Assembly: GCA_030390025.1 (NCBI GenBank)
Contig: JASTWF010000029.1
Coordinates: forward strand, 3,844,001 to 3,908,000
Direction of reading: 5' to 3'
Source of the DNA: Squalus acanthias
Taxonomy: Eukaryota
DNA: 64,000 bases
Made by a program: the position numbers and the translations under genes. Numbering within the stretch: the stretch's first letter is position 1; each line of letters begins with the position of its first letter. The notes under the pieces were generated by a model that worked only from the letters and a program-made list of their open reading frames with translations, was not told the origin of the DNA and did not search any database. Positions 26,288 to 38,313 of the stretch are shown here, piece by piece.

Positions 26288-26377
26288 AAGTGGAATCTTC
26301 ACAATGTTTCAGTCGGAGAATTGCTCCGCGCACCACCACCAACCATCGAATCATCTATTCTAACAGAAAGGCGTAAA

Positions 26378-26474
26378 ATGTCTCTTGGTTTTCTAATCAA
26401 GCTCAAGATTATATGGGCGATAAATGATGTACAAAAGATTTACTATCCCATCCTGGCGGCAGTCGATGTCCCGG
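26378..26474 (+). pseudogene. GPR139-like GPCR copy 2, exon 1
   Basis: AAAATG start encodes MSLGFLIKLKIIWAINDVQKIYYPILAAVDVP, ending at a phase-1 donor CCGG|GTAAGT. Confidence 0.85.
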
Positions 26475-26564
26475 GTAAGTTACTACCTGCAGCTGGTACT
26501 TCAGCAACTGGAGATTAACAGTATGTGGCATCTTCGTCCGTGTGTCCAGTTTTTTTTATTTTAT

Positions 26565-26675
26565 TAATTTCTACACATTGCAACAGTGAATACACTTCAA
26601 TAATACATTGTTGGCTGTAAAGTGTTTCGGGGTAACCTGATTATGAAAGATGCTGTACGAATGCAAGTTCTTTCT
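26565..26675 (+). mobile_element. DeuSINE/SacSINE1-like 3' tail in the GPCR intron (paralogue ~44033-44145)
   Basis: TACACATTGCAACAGTGAATACACTTCAA...GGCTGTAAAGTGTTT...ATGCAAGTTC matches the recalled shark SINE tail. Confidence 0.55.
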
Positions 26676-26709
26676 TTCATTCTGTCTAACGCTCTTTCTC
26701 CCTTGTGTG

Positions 26710-28085
26710 TGTTTGTATATCAATAATTTAGACTTTAATGTATGGGACATGATTAAGAAGTTTCCAGATTAATACAGAAATTGGACCTGTGGTTGATAGT
26801 GAGGAAGAAAGCTGTAGACTGCAGGAAGATATCAACGGACATTCAGGCGAGAGGAAATTGGCAAATGGAATTCAATCCCGTGAAGTGTGAGGTACTGGAT
26901 TTGGGGAGGGCTCACAAGGCAATGGTATACAAAATAAGTGGTAGGATACTGAACATTGTAGAGGAACATAAGAACATTGGACTGCGAGTCCACAGATCCC
27001 TGAAGGTAGCAGAAGAGGTCGATAAGATATTTAAGAAGGCATATGGAATACTTTCCTTTATTACCCAAGACATAGAATATAAGAGCAGGGAGATTCAGCT
27101 TGAAATCTATTAAACATTAGTTTGTCCACAGCTAGAGCACTGCTTACAGTTATGTGCAACACATTATTGGAAAGATGTGATTGCACTAGACAGGCTACAG
27201 AGAAGATTTGAGAGGATGTTGCCAGGCCTGGAGAATTTTAGCAATGAGTAAAGATTACAATGGCTTGGGTTGTTTTCTTTGGAACAGAGGAGGCTGAGGG
27301 GAGACATAATTGAGTTGTATAAAATTATGAGTGTCCTAGATAGAGTGTATTGGAAGGATCTATTTCCCAGAGAACAGTATCTAGTGCCCTCACTGTACTG
27401 TTCCCTACCACAAAACGTTCCTCTTCACTCCCCCACTTGCACTGCCTCCTGTACCACGGTGAAGTGGTCAGTTTGCTCATCCACCCTGCAGACTTTGCCA
27501 TAATTCATACAGGCAACAAGAACTTCGTACGTGTTGGATAAGTGCCAAGGCCGATGTTCCTCCAGCACTGCACCTGAGTCGAATTCACAGCCTCCTGTCC
27601 CTGACCACTCACTTGACGTGTACCACTACATAACCCAAGGGGTGAGACTGCCTCAAGGATCAAAGTGTCCAAGTAACTCTCCCCCTCTCTGATGCCCCAC
27701 AATGTCTGCACCTCGGAGACTAGCTCAAAAAATCTTAGCTGAAATTCCTCGAGATGCCGACATTTATTGCATAAATGTTCGTCCGGGATTGCGATGCTCT
27801 CCACAAACTCACAGATGCTGCAGTTGTGGCACACCATCGGCACTGCCATCCATACATATCCTTATTTATTTATTTAATTTATTAAAGTTTATGTATTTAA
27901 TTAATTTAGCTTTTAGTTTTGTCATTAACTAATTACAAGTTCTAGTTTAATTTACAGGAAGATTGACTTAAATATTTACCTGTAACACAAAGCACTACAA
28001 GTATTGTTGGTTAAAGCAACAACTCGTTCCCCCTCTGCTCTGAAGTCCGATTCTCTCCAAATTCCCAACTTTAACACGCTGTTTA
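26710..28085. mobile_element. Intronic CR1 fragments: RT 3' part (+) and 5' UTR/ORF1 start (-); paralogue ~44175-45495
   Basis: ORF 26781-27113(+) is RT. ORF 27505-27849(-) reads MVCHNCSICEF...CNKCRHLEEFQLR (ORF1 N-terminus). Confidence 0.8.
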
Positions 28086-28220
28086 GAAGCACTCCGTTTA
28101 AGAGCATTCTGTCCAGAACACTCTGAAAACCTACTCCATTAACTTACTTGAAACGAGTCAAAGTACAGTATGTGCCCAGTTTTCGTTGAATAATTTTCAA
28201 TGTTTTCCTCTTGCTTACAG

Positions 28221-29117
28221 TTAACGTGGTGACGATTGCGATCCTGTCTCGGGGAAAGTGCGGTCTCTCCAAATGTGTCACTCACTGCCTGGTGGCCATG
28301 GCATCGGCAGATCTAATGGTTGTGATCATCGATCTGATACTAAGACAGATACCTATTGTTTATCGCGAACTATTCATGTTTGTATGGTACCTTAGAATAT
28401 GTAATATTCATGCCATTCTACTTCATGACGCTACATACTTTTCTGTCTGGTTCACGGTAACTTTCACCTTCGATCGATTTTTTGGCCATTTGTTGCCAGA
28501 AGCTGAAATCTAAATATTGCAACGAGAAAACGGCGGCTGTTGTTTTAGGAACAGTGGCTCTGCTGAGCTGTTTGAAGAACATTTTCTGTTATTTCCTGTA
28601 TACAAGTGAATATTTTCTTTCTAACGATCCCTGGTTTTGCCTCGTGCCAATCAGTGTACATCACTCGCTGGCCTGGGCCATCGTTGAATTAATGCATTAT
28701 ATTTTAACGCCATTTGTTCCATTTCTTTTGATTCTACTGTTCAATGCATTGACGGTGAAACACATTTTAGTGGCCAGCAGAGCCCGCAGCAGACTCCGGG
28801 GTCGGAGCAGTGGCGAGAGTCCCAGTGACCCAGAGATGGAGAGCCGAAGGAAATCCATGATTGTACTCTTTGTTGTATCGGGGAATTTCATACTACTGTG
28901 GGTGGTGTTCATGTTTTGTTCTGTATGGAGACGATTGGATTACGTGGGATATTCTGTTTCTCTGCCCAAATTTGTAACGGAAATCGGCTTCATGCTCCAG
29001 CTCCTGAGTTGCTGCACCAACACTTTTATTTATGCAGTGACCCAAAGGAAATTCAGAGAGGAACTGAGGAATGGAGTGAAATATCCCATTGCAATGATGA
29101 TCAAATTAATTCGATGA
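28221..29117 (+). pseudogene. GPR139-like GPCR copy 2, exon 2, with a +1 frameshift after DRF
   Basis: Acceptor CTTGCTTACAG|TT. The exon is 897 nt versus 896 nt in copy 3. It reads CGA-TTTTTT-GGCC (T run 28478-28483) where copy 3 reads CGA-TTTGT-GGCC. Confidence 0.85.
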
Positions 29118-29435
29118 AATGACCGAACACAATCTAACATTATTATGTAGTTTTGTTTGATATTCTGTAGAATTCACTATTGTCTCCTTTAATTCTTTCA
29201 CTTGGATTTTGTGAAGTTGATTTTGGTGAAACTGTCAGTGTTGGAGATCCCATAAATACAGAGCTACAATCAAAATAACATTGAGAAAGCTAGTTTTCTC
29301 CACAGAAATTGCAAGATCTTTCTGTGAATGTATCTTTGCAGTCAGCGGCGATCACCATTCCTCACTCAAAGACTGCAAATTCTGGGCCTTTATAATTTCT
29401 AAAACATTTCATAATCTGATTCCAACATTTAAGTA

Positions 29436-30025
29436 TGATGCGGAGATGCCGGCGTTGGACTGGGGTGGACAAAAATGAGAAGTCGCACAACACCAGGTTA
29501 TAGTCCAACAGATTTATTTAAAATTACAAGCTTTCGGAGCTGTCGCCCCTTCGTCAGGCAAAGTTACTGTGAGAGAATCTATCAGAATTCACAGAATATA
29601 AAAACTCAGAGAAAATGCACAGATGAAATCTTTCCCTACATCAAAGACACACTAAGTGCACAGCCAAGACAATGAGATGTGTCCCAGGGGGTCCAACGCG
29701 TCAGAACACCTGCTGGCTGCATATCCTCTCCATTTTTTGTGTTTGTTTCTTGTGTTTGTTTGTTTTGTTTTTTTTTAAACTGGAAAGACCGGCAACGATG
29801 TCACGTCACGTTCTATAGCGTGACATGAACCGATTATCCCTATTGAGGCCGTCCTCATGAGTGCGGAACTTGGCTATCAGTTTCTGCTCGATGATTTTGC
29901 GTTGTCGTGTATCACGAAGGCCGCCTTGGAGAACGCTAACCTGCAGATCCGAGGCTGAATGCCCTTGACTGCTGAAGTGTTCCCCGACTGGGAGGCAACC
30001 ATCCTGCTTGGCGATTGTTTTAAGT
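29436..30025 (-). mobile_element. Penelope-like element fragment (GIY-YIG C-terminus and pseudo-LTR) with a 12-bp TSD
   Basis: ORF 29806-30030(-) reads LPVGEHFSSQGHS..DL.V.VL...EQKLIAKF.T...GLNRD. TSD AACATTTAAGTA lies at 29424-29435 and 30026-30037. The paralogous site at ~46820 is empty. Confidence 0.88.
29532..29557 (-). ncRNA. Minimal hammerhead ribozyme core motif in the Penelope pseudo-LTR
   Basis: The minus strand reads CTGACGA-A-GGGGC-GACA-GCTCC-GAAA-GCTT: both core boxes and a 5-bp stem II. Stems I and III are not clearly intact. Confidence 0.55.
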
Positions 30026-30269
30026 AACATTTAAGTAAGTTAATTTCTTAGTCCAGGAAGGTGTAGCCATTTTTCCAAGTGTGTGACCCAGACATGAGTT
30101 ATTTAGAGAGGCGCTTTGAGCAGATACTTGCCCAAGAGCGGGTAACTGCTTCAGACAGTCTAATGCTGAGCTCGCACTCCGGGGGTATTTTCAGAATGAG
30201 CGCTTGTTGTGATTATTTCACCATAATAGGCAAATTGTTCCCAATGTCCCATCTTTCAGGGGGGGTTTA

Positions 30270-33200
30270 GTACCTCAGTGTTAATAGCTTTCTCTGATCA
30301 CTGCTTGTCCATCTTGAACTGGTCCCTTCTGCCACAGAACTGCTCGCAATGCCCCAGGAATCTGAAGCCTTCCCTGCTGCAGCATGTCTGTAGCCACGCT
30401 TCGACCTGCCATATCCCCTACCTCTAATCACACTAATGCGTGGCACTGCGAGTAATCCAGAGATTATTACCTTTGAGATCCTGTTATTTAACTTCCTCCC
30501 TAGCTCCTTAAACTCTGATTCCACGACCTCAACCCTCTTCTTCCCTATGCCTTTGGTTCAGACATTGACCAACAACTTCCAGCTCTTCCATTACACTCCC
30601 CGACCGTCACCCCCCACAGAATGTTCTGCACCCTCTCCGTGATATCCATTCCCCTGACACCAGCCAGACAGCGTACCCCGTAGTTCTCACGCCGATGGTA
30701 GCCGAACTACATATCTGTCCCCCTGACTATCGAATCCCCAAGTCCTGCTGCAATTACAGTTTGGATGAACGCTTGTGCAGTCCTTTGCCTCACGGTGTCA
30801 GACTCTGGACTGCATTCCTTCGAGCGGTTGTCAAGCTCATTGTTATTCAAATTGAGGACAAATATGGGAAATTCCTCTCCGACAAGCCTGGGCGATCACA
30901 ACGTATCCATGAGATCACTCTGGCTCTGATAATTCCTTGCAGTACCTACCTTTTGTGAAATTTGATCGTCGCCCCATCCAGAAACAGGTTAAGCTTGCAC
31001 TCGAAGGAGTTCGGCGAATCGCCGTCCATCGCATGAGATGCCAGCCTGATCTGGAGCTCCACTATTCTGTGGGAAAAGGCCAAGTTCCTGACATCTAAAC
31101 TAGATCTGGCCTCACACAACATAAAATTGTGACCCCTGGTCCTCCCTAACCTATTTAATTGGAACAACCTATCAACTGGAAGACGATCTGTTCCCTTTAT
31201 TATCTTAGAAATCTCAATCAGATCACCTTGACGTCTATGCTTCTCTAATGTATACAGTCACAACACTTTTAGCCCATCTTGATAACTAAGATGCTTCAAA
31301 CGAGAAATAAATCAAGTGACCCTTCTCTGCGCCCTTTCCAAAACCTCATTATCACACACCATATGAGGAGAGCAAAACTGTAATCAATATTCCAAGTGAG
31401 CCCTTGCCATGTTTTATACCAGGACATAATGGTGTGTATCGGCTCATAATCAATTGTCCTATGAATGCACCACAAAACTTTATTTGGTCTAGAATCGCTT
31501 CACGGCATTGCCCATGAAGCATTCCAGATGAGTTTTATAGAAGTTCTTGACTGTAGTGATCGGGTAAGGTCACATAGTCAATAATCCTGTGAATGCCATC
31601 TTTTCTCTCTCGCAATCGCTTCATGGCATTGTACATGAACCTCAAGAGATGCATTCACTGGAACCCCCAGGTATCTTTCTTTTCCCACTTGCTTTAATAT
31701 TTTTTCCTGAAGGATGTATGCAGGGTCGGAGATGGGCAATGTTACTGCGGTGGAAGTAGGCAATCTTGGTGCTGGAGAGGATATGGGGTCAGAAATTCAT
31801 CTCAGGTTCAAATAGGGCGCCAAATTTACAAATGGTCTCTAAATAAGTCTCCTATTATCTCTACACTATATTCCATGCAACTTTCAGTAATATTATTGCT
31901 AACCTGCTCCTCCATCTCCATCTCACTCTTTGTTGGCCTATATAATACACCAAGCTGCGTAATAGCTTCTCTATTGTTTCTGAACTCCAACCAAATGTTC
32001 TGTCTTTGATCCCTCAAGGGCATTCACTCTTTCTAGCACTAAAATACTTTCCTTACTCAAATCTGCAACCAATCCTCCTATTTTCCTTTTCAGTCTTTCT
32101 ACAATACCCTGTAACCAGGAATATTAAGCATCCAATCCACTTTTCAGTTCTCAGTATCGCCACTGCATTATATTCCCACGTTGCTATTTGCGCCTGCAGC
32201 TCACCAACCTTATCAGGAAAACTTCGTGCACTTGAACACATGCAATCCAAACCTAATTTAGACCTCCGTGTATTTTCTATCATCCCACCTAATTCTGCAT
32301 TACCTCTAACTATAACGATCTCTCCCAGTCCTCTGTGCACTTTTATTCTATATTTTAATATTATATCTTGCAGCCCAACCCACGGAACAATTAAGTTAAA
32401 CCCTCAACCTCGCAAGAGTTAACCTTGCCGCCAGGATATTGCTACCACCTCACTTGACTTGCAAGCCGTCCATCTTGAACAGCTCCCTCCTGCCAGAGAA
32501 CTTGTTGCAATGTCTCAGGAATCTGATGCCCTCCCTGCTGCACCCTGTCTGTAGCCACGCTTTAATCTGCACTATCCTTCTGTTTCTAATCTCACTGGTG
32601 CGTGGCACTGGGAGTACTACAGTGATTACGAGCTTTGAGATCCTGCTATTTAACTCCCTCCCTAGCTACTTATAATCTGACTCCAGGACCTCAACCCTCT
32701 CCTTCCCTATGTCATTTGTATTTGTTCAGACATGGACCACAACTTCCGCCCCTTCCATTTCACCGCACGCCGCCCACCCCACCCTCACCCCACACACAGA
32801 ATTTTCTCCACCCTCTCCGTGATATCGCTTACACTGACACCAGAGCGGCAACGTACCACACGGGCCTCACGCCGATGGTAGCAAAAATACCTATACATCC
32901 CCCTAACTATCGAATGCCTAATTACTGCTGCAATTACAGTTTGGATAACCACATGTCCAGTCCTTTGCCTCACGGTGCCAGACTCTAGACTGCACTCATT
33001 CGAGGGGTTTTCAACCACACTGGTATTCAAAATGGGGAAAAATGTGGGAAATTCCTCTCCGACATGGAGACTCAAAAATGCAGATTTGCAGAGAGAGATA
33101 GAGACTGGGAATGTGGACTCGGAGGGCGATGGAGACTGTGGAATGGGAGATTGAGAGTGAAGGTCATTGTGGATTGGAGGTCATTCTGGCCCTGATAATT

Positions 33201-34220
33201 TCTTGCAGTACCTCCCTTTTATTCTCTGGGAAAAGAACAGCATCCTGACATCTAACCTAGATCTGGCCTTACACAACTTAAAATTGTGACCCCTGGTATC
33301 CCTGAACTATTTAATTGGAATAAACTCTCAACTGGAACACAATATATTCCCTTCATAATCTGATAAACCTTAATCAGATCATCACTAAGTCTCCGCGTCT
33401 CTGAAGTTTAGAGTCCCACCTCTTTCAGACTATCTTGAAAAATAAGATGCCTTACACTAGGAATTAGTCTAGTTGCCTTCCTCTGCACCCTTTCCAAAGC
33501 CTCAGTATCATCCACAATGTGAGGAAATTAAAACGGTACACAGTATTCCAAGGTCTTGTAGAATGATAAAATAGTATGTCTTGTCTCATAATCAATTGTC
33601 CTATGAATGCACCCCACAACTTTATTTGATCCTGCTATCGCTTCACGGGATTGCTTATGAAGCTTTAGAGATCAATTGTATAGAAGTTCTGAACTTTAGT
33701 GATCGGGTCAGGTCACATAGTCAATACTCCTATGAGTGCCCAATTCTTACGAGCAATCGCTTCATGGCATTGCACATGGACCTTAAGAGATGCATTCACT
33801 AGAATATCCAGATCTCTTTCTTGCTCCACTGGTTTCAATGCTTTTCCCTGAAGGGTGTATATATGTTAAGCATTCGCACTGCCCACGTGAAAAAATCTGC
33901 ACTTTTCCAAATTATACATCATTTTCCAGTCATGAGCCACTCCCCCAACAATTCAAGATACACCTGAAGCAGTTAAAAATCATCTACTGTCTGGAAACTC
34001 ATATAGATCTTAGTAATATCTGCAACCTTACAGATTCTGTCCCCAACACATACATTTAGATCACAAATAAGAATAGTAAAATGCAACGGTGCTGACACTG
34101 ATCCCTATGGGACAACACTGGTGATTGGTTTCCAGACTGATACAAATCCATCTTTAACTAATTTCTGCCTGCACCTTTCTAGGCAGTCCTCAATCCAGTT
34201 CAATATGTTACCACTAATAA
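30270..34220 (-). mobile_element. Two tandem copies of a composite block (CR1 ORF1 fragment fused to a CR1 3' end), with a short L2 piece at ~31720-31820
   Basis: 30300-31710 aligns with 32460-33850. SGNH ORF1 fragments at 30267-30524 and 32785-33075; RT C-terminus at 30946-31167. Confidence 0.75.
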
Positions 34221-34223
34221 CAG

Positions 34224-34520
34224 AGGGGGAGTGATGGAGACTGGGGAATGGGGGCTCGGGGAGAGATGGAGAGTTGGAATGGGGGCTCGGGGAGAGATCT
34301 AGACTGGGGTGTGTGAGCTCGGAGGGAGAGTTGGAGACTCAAAAATGCGGGTTTGGGGAGAGAGATGGAGACTGCGAATCAGGACTCGTGGGGGAGATGG
34401 AGCCTGTGGAAAAGGGAATTGGGAGTGAAGTTGATTGTGGATTGGAGATTAGGGGAGAGAAGGGGACTGGGGAATGAGACAGAAGGGGACTTGCGAATGG
34501 TGCAGATATGCAGACTGGGG
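34224..34520. repeat. Degenerate purine-rich minisatellite (GAGAGATGGAGACTGGGAATGGGGG-like)
   Basis: Repeated ATGGAGAC and GGGGGCTCGGGGAGAG units. Related tracts lie at ~33065-33180 and ~56125-56290. Confidence 0.7.
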
Positions 34521-35635
34521 TTCAGGGAATTGTGGCTCAGGCGGAGTTGTAGAATGGGATGTGGGTGGGTGGGAGTCCAACATTTCCCACGGAGCTGGAG
34601 CAGCAGCAGGAATGTTTTGAGTAGCCGTCACATTGAGAGAGGGCCCTGAGTGAAACCTGGGACCTGACTGTGTGGAAATAGCGAAAGGTTGGTTCCACTG
34701 GTGGGGAAAGGGGAACTGGGGAACTGAAACCAAGGATTCGCACTGGACGAACCAGATGTGAAGGGAGTAGGAAGGTTCTTGAACTGAGGGCTATATGACC
34801 ATGGGACCCTTCACCATATGTGTTTGTTGAGACAGGGACTCAAACTTCATTTCCGAGGGAAAATGAGAAAGATTTGAAAAGGAGAAATATGACAAGGTTG
34901 GGGGAGTTAATGTGGTCACTGTAGAGAGTGCGAGCACCAGGGTCGAATGGCCTCCTCCTGTGCTGTAACTCCTATCATTCTATGAAAAGTCCCCTTTATT
35001 GAGTCCGAGCTCAGGGAGAGGTTTACAAATGCTGACGATGAGCTTATTTTCGAACGATGTGCTCTGTGAGCCCGCGGCCCTCTGTGCCATCTTTCGGATT
35101 TTTTTCAGTCTCTCTGTGCCACCCAGTTTTGACGTGTGAGGAATAAGAACAGATCAGCTATGACAGAAGATCCTGGTTCAGAATTGTCAGCAATGAGTGC
35201 AGCTTCAGTGAGATACCATTATTTATTGATGGAGTCAAAGTTCCTCCCACCTCTGGTTTCACCTCTGTGAATGGATACCCCCACTTCCGTTTTCCTTCTT
35301 CCCCACCTTCGGTTCTTCTCCACCCCAAATTCGGTTCCACTCTGCCAAGCTCGCTTTCCCCTTTGGTTTCACTCCCAGCGGCGGCGCTATGATTAGACAG
35401 GCAGCTACAGGAACCTTCAGAGCAGCAGAAATTCAAGCAGTGACATCCAGTGCAACAGGTTGGTGATTGGTTGGTAACTATTACAGTTTTATTTAGCCTC
35501 CAAGCTGGAAAGTGTGTTGAACTCAGAGCTAGGAATCTGTAATTTGCTATTTCTTTGCTGTACTGATTCAGTAAATTACACCAGCTAAACCAATGAATTA
35601 ATAAAACTAAATTAATTGATTGGAAAAAACATATA

Positions 35636-36388
35636 GGGCCAGAAATTCGGCTCCCTGGCTTCCCGTGGGTTCAAGGATCGCGCGCGCACCTACCTACCGC
35701 GCCTGCCATTGACCCCTGGGCCCACGAGGAATGCGGCTCCTGGGCCTCCACCAACTGCCGGCGCACAGTGCTTGCGTATCCTCGGGGCATAGTTCGTGCG
35801 ATGCATCCTCTGGGATCACGTGGGTCATGGAGAGCCAATGGCAGCAGATCATCTTTCATTGATAGATTTGTCAAATCTATAAATACAGATCGGCCCCAAA
35901 ACATCCCTAAAACTACAAATACATTTTTAAAAAACATCACATTTTTAAAATAACTATAAATTACATTAACTAACTATTATAAATAAAAATTTCAATTTTT
36001 GAAAAAATTAATTACTCTTTGTAACGGGGTTAAAACTAAACTTACCTTTCTTTAAAGTAATTAAAAAAGATAAATCTGTGAAAAAAATGTTTAAATTTTA
36101 ATAAAATCAACAGTTACCTTGTGAAAAGAAGGCCTTGCGCCTCCTTTTTCAATGTGTATCTTCTCCGTGCTTACGCTCACGGAGGAACCTGTAAAAAAAA
36201 CCCGAAGTGCGAGACGAAAGCTCTGGCCCTCCGGCGTGTGCGTTCGAGCTCAGGACCCCTTCCTTGAGGGGAACGAAAGTGCCGGTTTTCAGCGCATGCG
36301 CAGTGCATGCAAGAAACCGGCACTTTCATTCCGTCCACGGCTGAGTACACAGCGCGTACTCACCCGTGGCGAGACTAATTTCTGCCCC
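35636..36388 (-). mobile_element. Harbinger-type MITE, copy 1
   Basis: TIRs GGGCCAGAAATT and AATTTCTGCCCC with a 3-bp TSD ATA. It is absent from the paralogous site at ~57240. Confidence 0.85.
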
Positions 36389-37572
36389 ATAATAATTAAT
36401 TAACTAATCAAATAAATAACGAAGGTTAGATAGACATGGCAGTGTAGGTGGTGTGCCGTAACTGCAGCATGTGGGTGTTTGTGGAGATCCGAGAGATCCC
36501 GAGCAACAACATCTGTTGTAAGTGTCTACAGCACGAGGAACTTCGGCTCAGAATTGTTGAGCTGGATTAGGAGGTGCAGTCATTGCAGGGCATCAGGGAG
36601 TGGGAGTGTTACATGGACAATTGGTCCCAGGAGGCAGTGAAACCCCTCAGATTAAGTAGAACATCAGAGTTTGTCAATGCTCAGGGACAGGATAGTGTGA
36701 GCGCGAGTCGGGAAGGAATAGGGACCGAGGATATAGTGATGGAGGAGCCTCGGCCCTTGACTTTGACCAACAGGTATGAGATACAACGACTGCAGGGTGT
36801 ATGAGCAAACTGACCATGGCATCATGCTGCAGGAGGCCATTCAATTAGGCGGAGTGAAAACGAAACTACGAGTGGTTGGGGACAGCATAGTCAGGAGAAT
36901 AGTTACAGTTCTCTGCAGCCGTGACCGGGAGTTCCGAAGGTTGTGTTGCCTGCCTGGTGCTAAGGCAAACGTTGTCTCATCGCGGGTGCAGAAGAATTTG
37001 AAATGCGAGGGGGAGGATCCGTTTGTAGTGGTTCATGTAGCAAACAACGACATAGGTAGAACAAGGAATGAGTTTCTGCTGAGAGAGTTTGAGGAGTTGG
37101 GGGTCGAAATTAAAAAGCAGAACCTCACAGGTAATAATCTCTGGATTGTTACCTGAGCCACGAACAAAATGGCATAGGGACAAACAGATGAGCACGTTAA
37201 ATTCTTGGCTCAAAGAGTGATGTGGGAGGCAGGGGTTTCATTTCCAGGGGCAGTGGCACCAGTATTGAGGAAGAGGGAGCTGTTCCTTGGAGACGGAATC
37301 CAATTTAACCGGGCTTGGACCAGTATCCCGGCAAATCGAAAACTAGGGCAGAAGATAGGGATTTAAACTAATGAAGTGGGGTGGAAGGATTCAGGAAAGG
37401 GTAAATTCAAATGCAGTGAGAGAAATGTCAAGGCTGTATAGCAGAGCAATGATCTGGGTAAAGAAAAGCAGAGTGGGTCAGGAAGGGACAGAAAGATTAA
37501 TATATGTAACAGGGCAACAGTGGCTAAAGTGACATGAGGGAAAAATAGAGACTAAGCTAAAGCTAAAGGTAT

Positions 37573-38313
37573 GGCCCAAAAATTAGTGCCGCAACGCGAG
37601 AGTACGGACTGCGTACTCTCGCGTATTCTGTCTCCAATTGACGGTTTTCAGCATGCACTGCGCATGCGCTGAAAACCGGCACTTGGTGATTGGAAAAGGG
37701 GGCGGGTCCTAGGTGAACCGCGTGCGCGCTACAGGCTGCGCGCACGCTGTGCACTGAGTGGTTTCAACGCGCAGGTAAGTACGGAAAATTCTACACATAA
37801 AAAAAGGAGGAGTAAGACCCACTTTTAACAAGGTAAGTAATGAATTAAGTATTATTTTGAATTTTTTTTAACAGGTATATCTTTTTTAGAGACTTTAAAG
37901 ACAGGTAAGTTTATTTTTATAACTTTTTAAAAGATTTTAAATTTTTTCAAAAATTTAATGTTTTATTGAAAATGGTTAATTTATTTAACTGTACTTATTT
38001 TATTAATGTGATGGTTTTTTAAAATTTAATTGAGGTTTAGCGGTTCTTTTGGGGGGCTATAGTATTCATAGCTTTCACAGCACTGATGCGAAAGTTATGA
38101 ATAGAAGATGGTGTGCTGCCATTGGATCTAACTGAGTCACGTGATCCCACAGCTCGCACGAATTAACTACGCCTGTGGGATACGCAAGCCCAGCACAGCA
38201 GCTGTCCAGAACATCAAGTTCGTGCGAGCTGTAACTGAAAAAGCCAACGCGCAGTGAGAGATTGCGGGGAGGCCTTACCCTCGCACGAAGGCTTCCTCAC
38301 GAATTTTTGGGCC
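37573..38313 (+). mobile_element. Harbinger-type MITE, copy 2
   Basis: Perfect 12-bp TIRs GGCCCAAAAATT. The right flank is ATT, and the paralogous site at ~18925 is empty. Confidence 0.88.

Noticed and set aside
26195-26518. 107-aa ORF (and 43774-43986) as a standalone gene
   Set aside because: It is exon 1 of the GPCR read through its 5' UTR and splice donor.
34224-34520. CRISPR-like array
   Set aside because: Units are degenerate with no unique spacers, in a eukaryotic context. It is a minisatellite.
35158-35436. Minus-strand ORF with a similar ORF at 56702-57046
   Set aside because: The similarity is explained by the segmental duplication. Starts and stops differ, neither begins with ATG, and no domain is recognisable.
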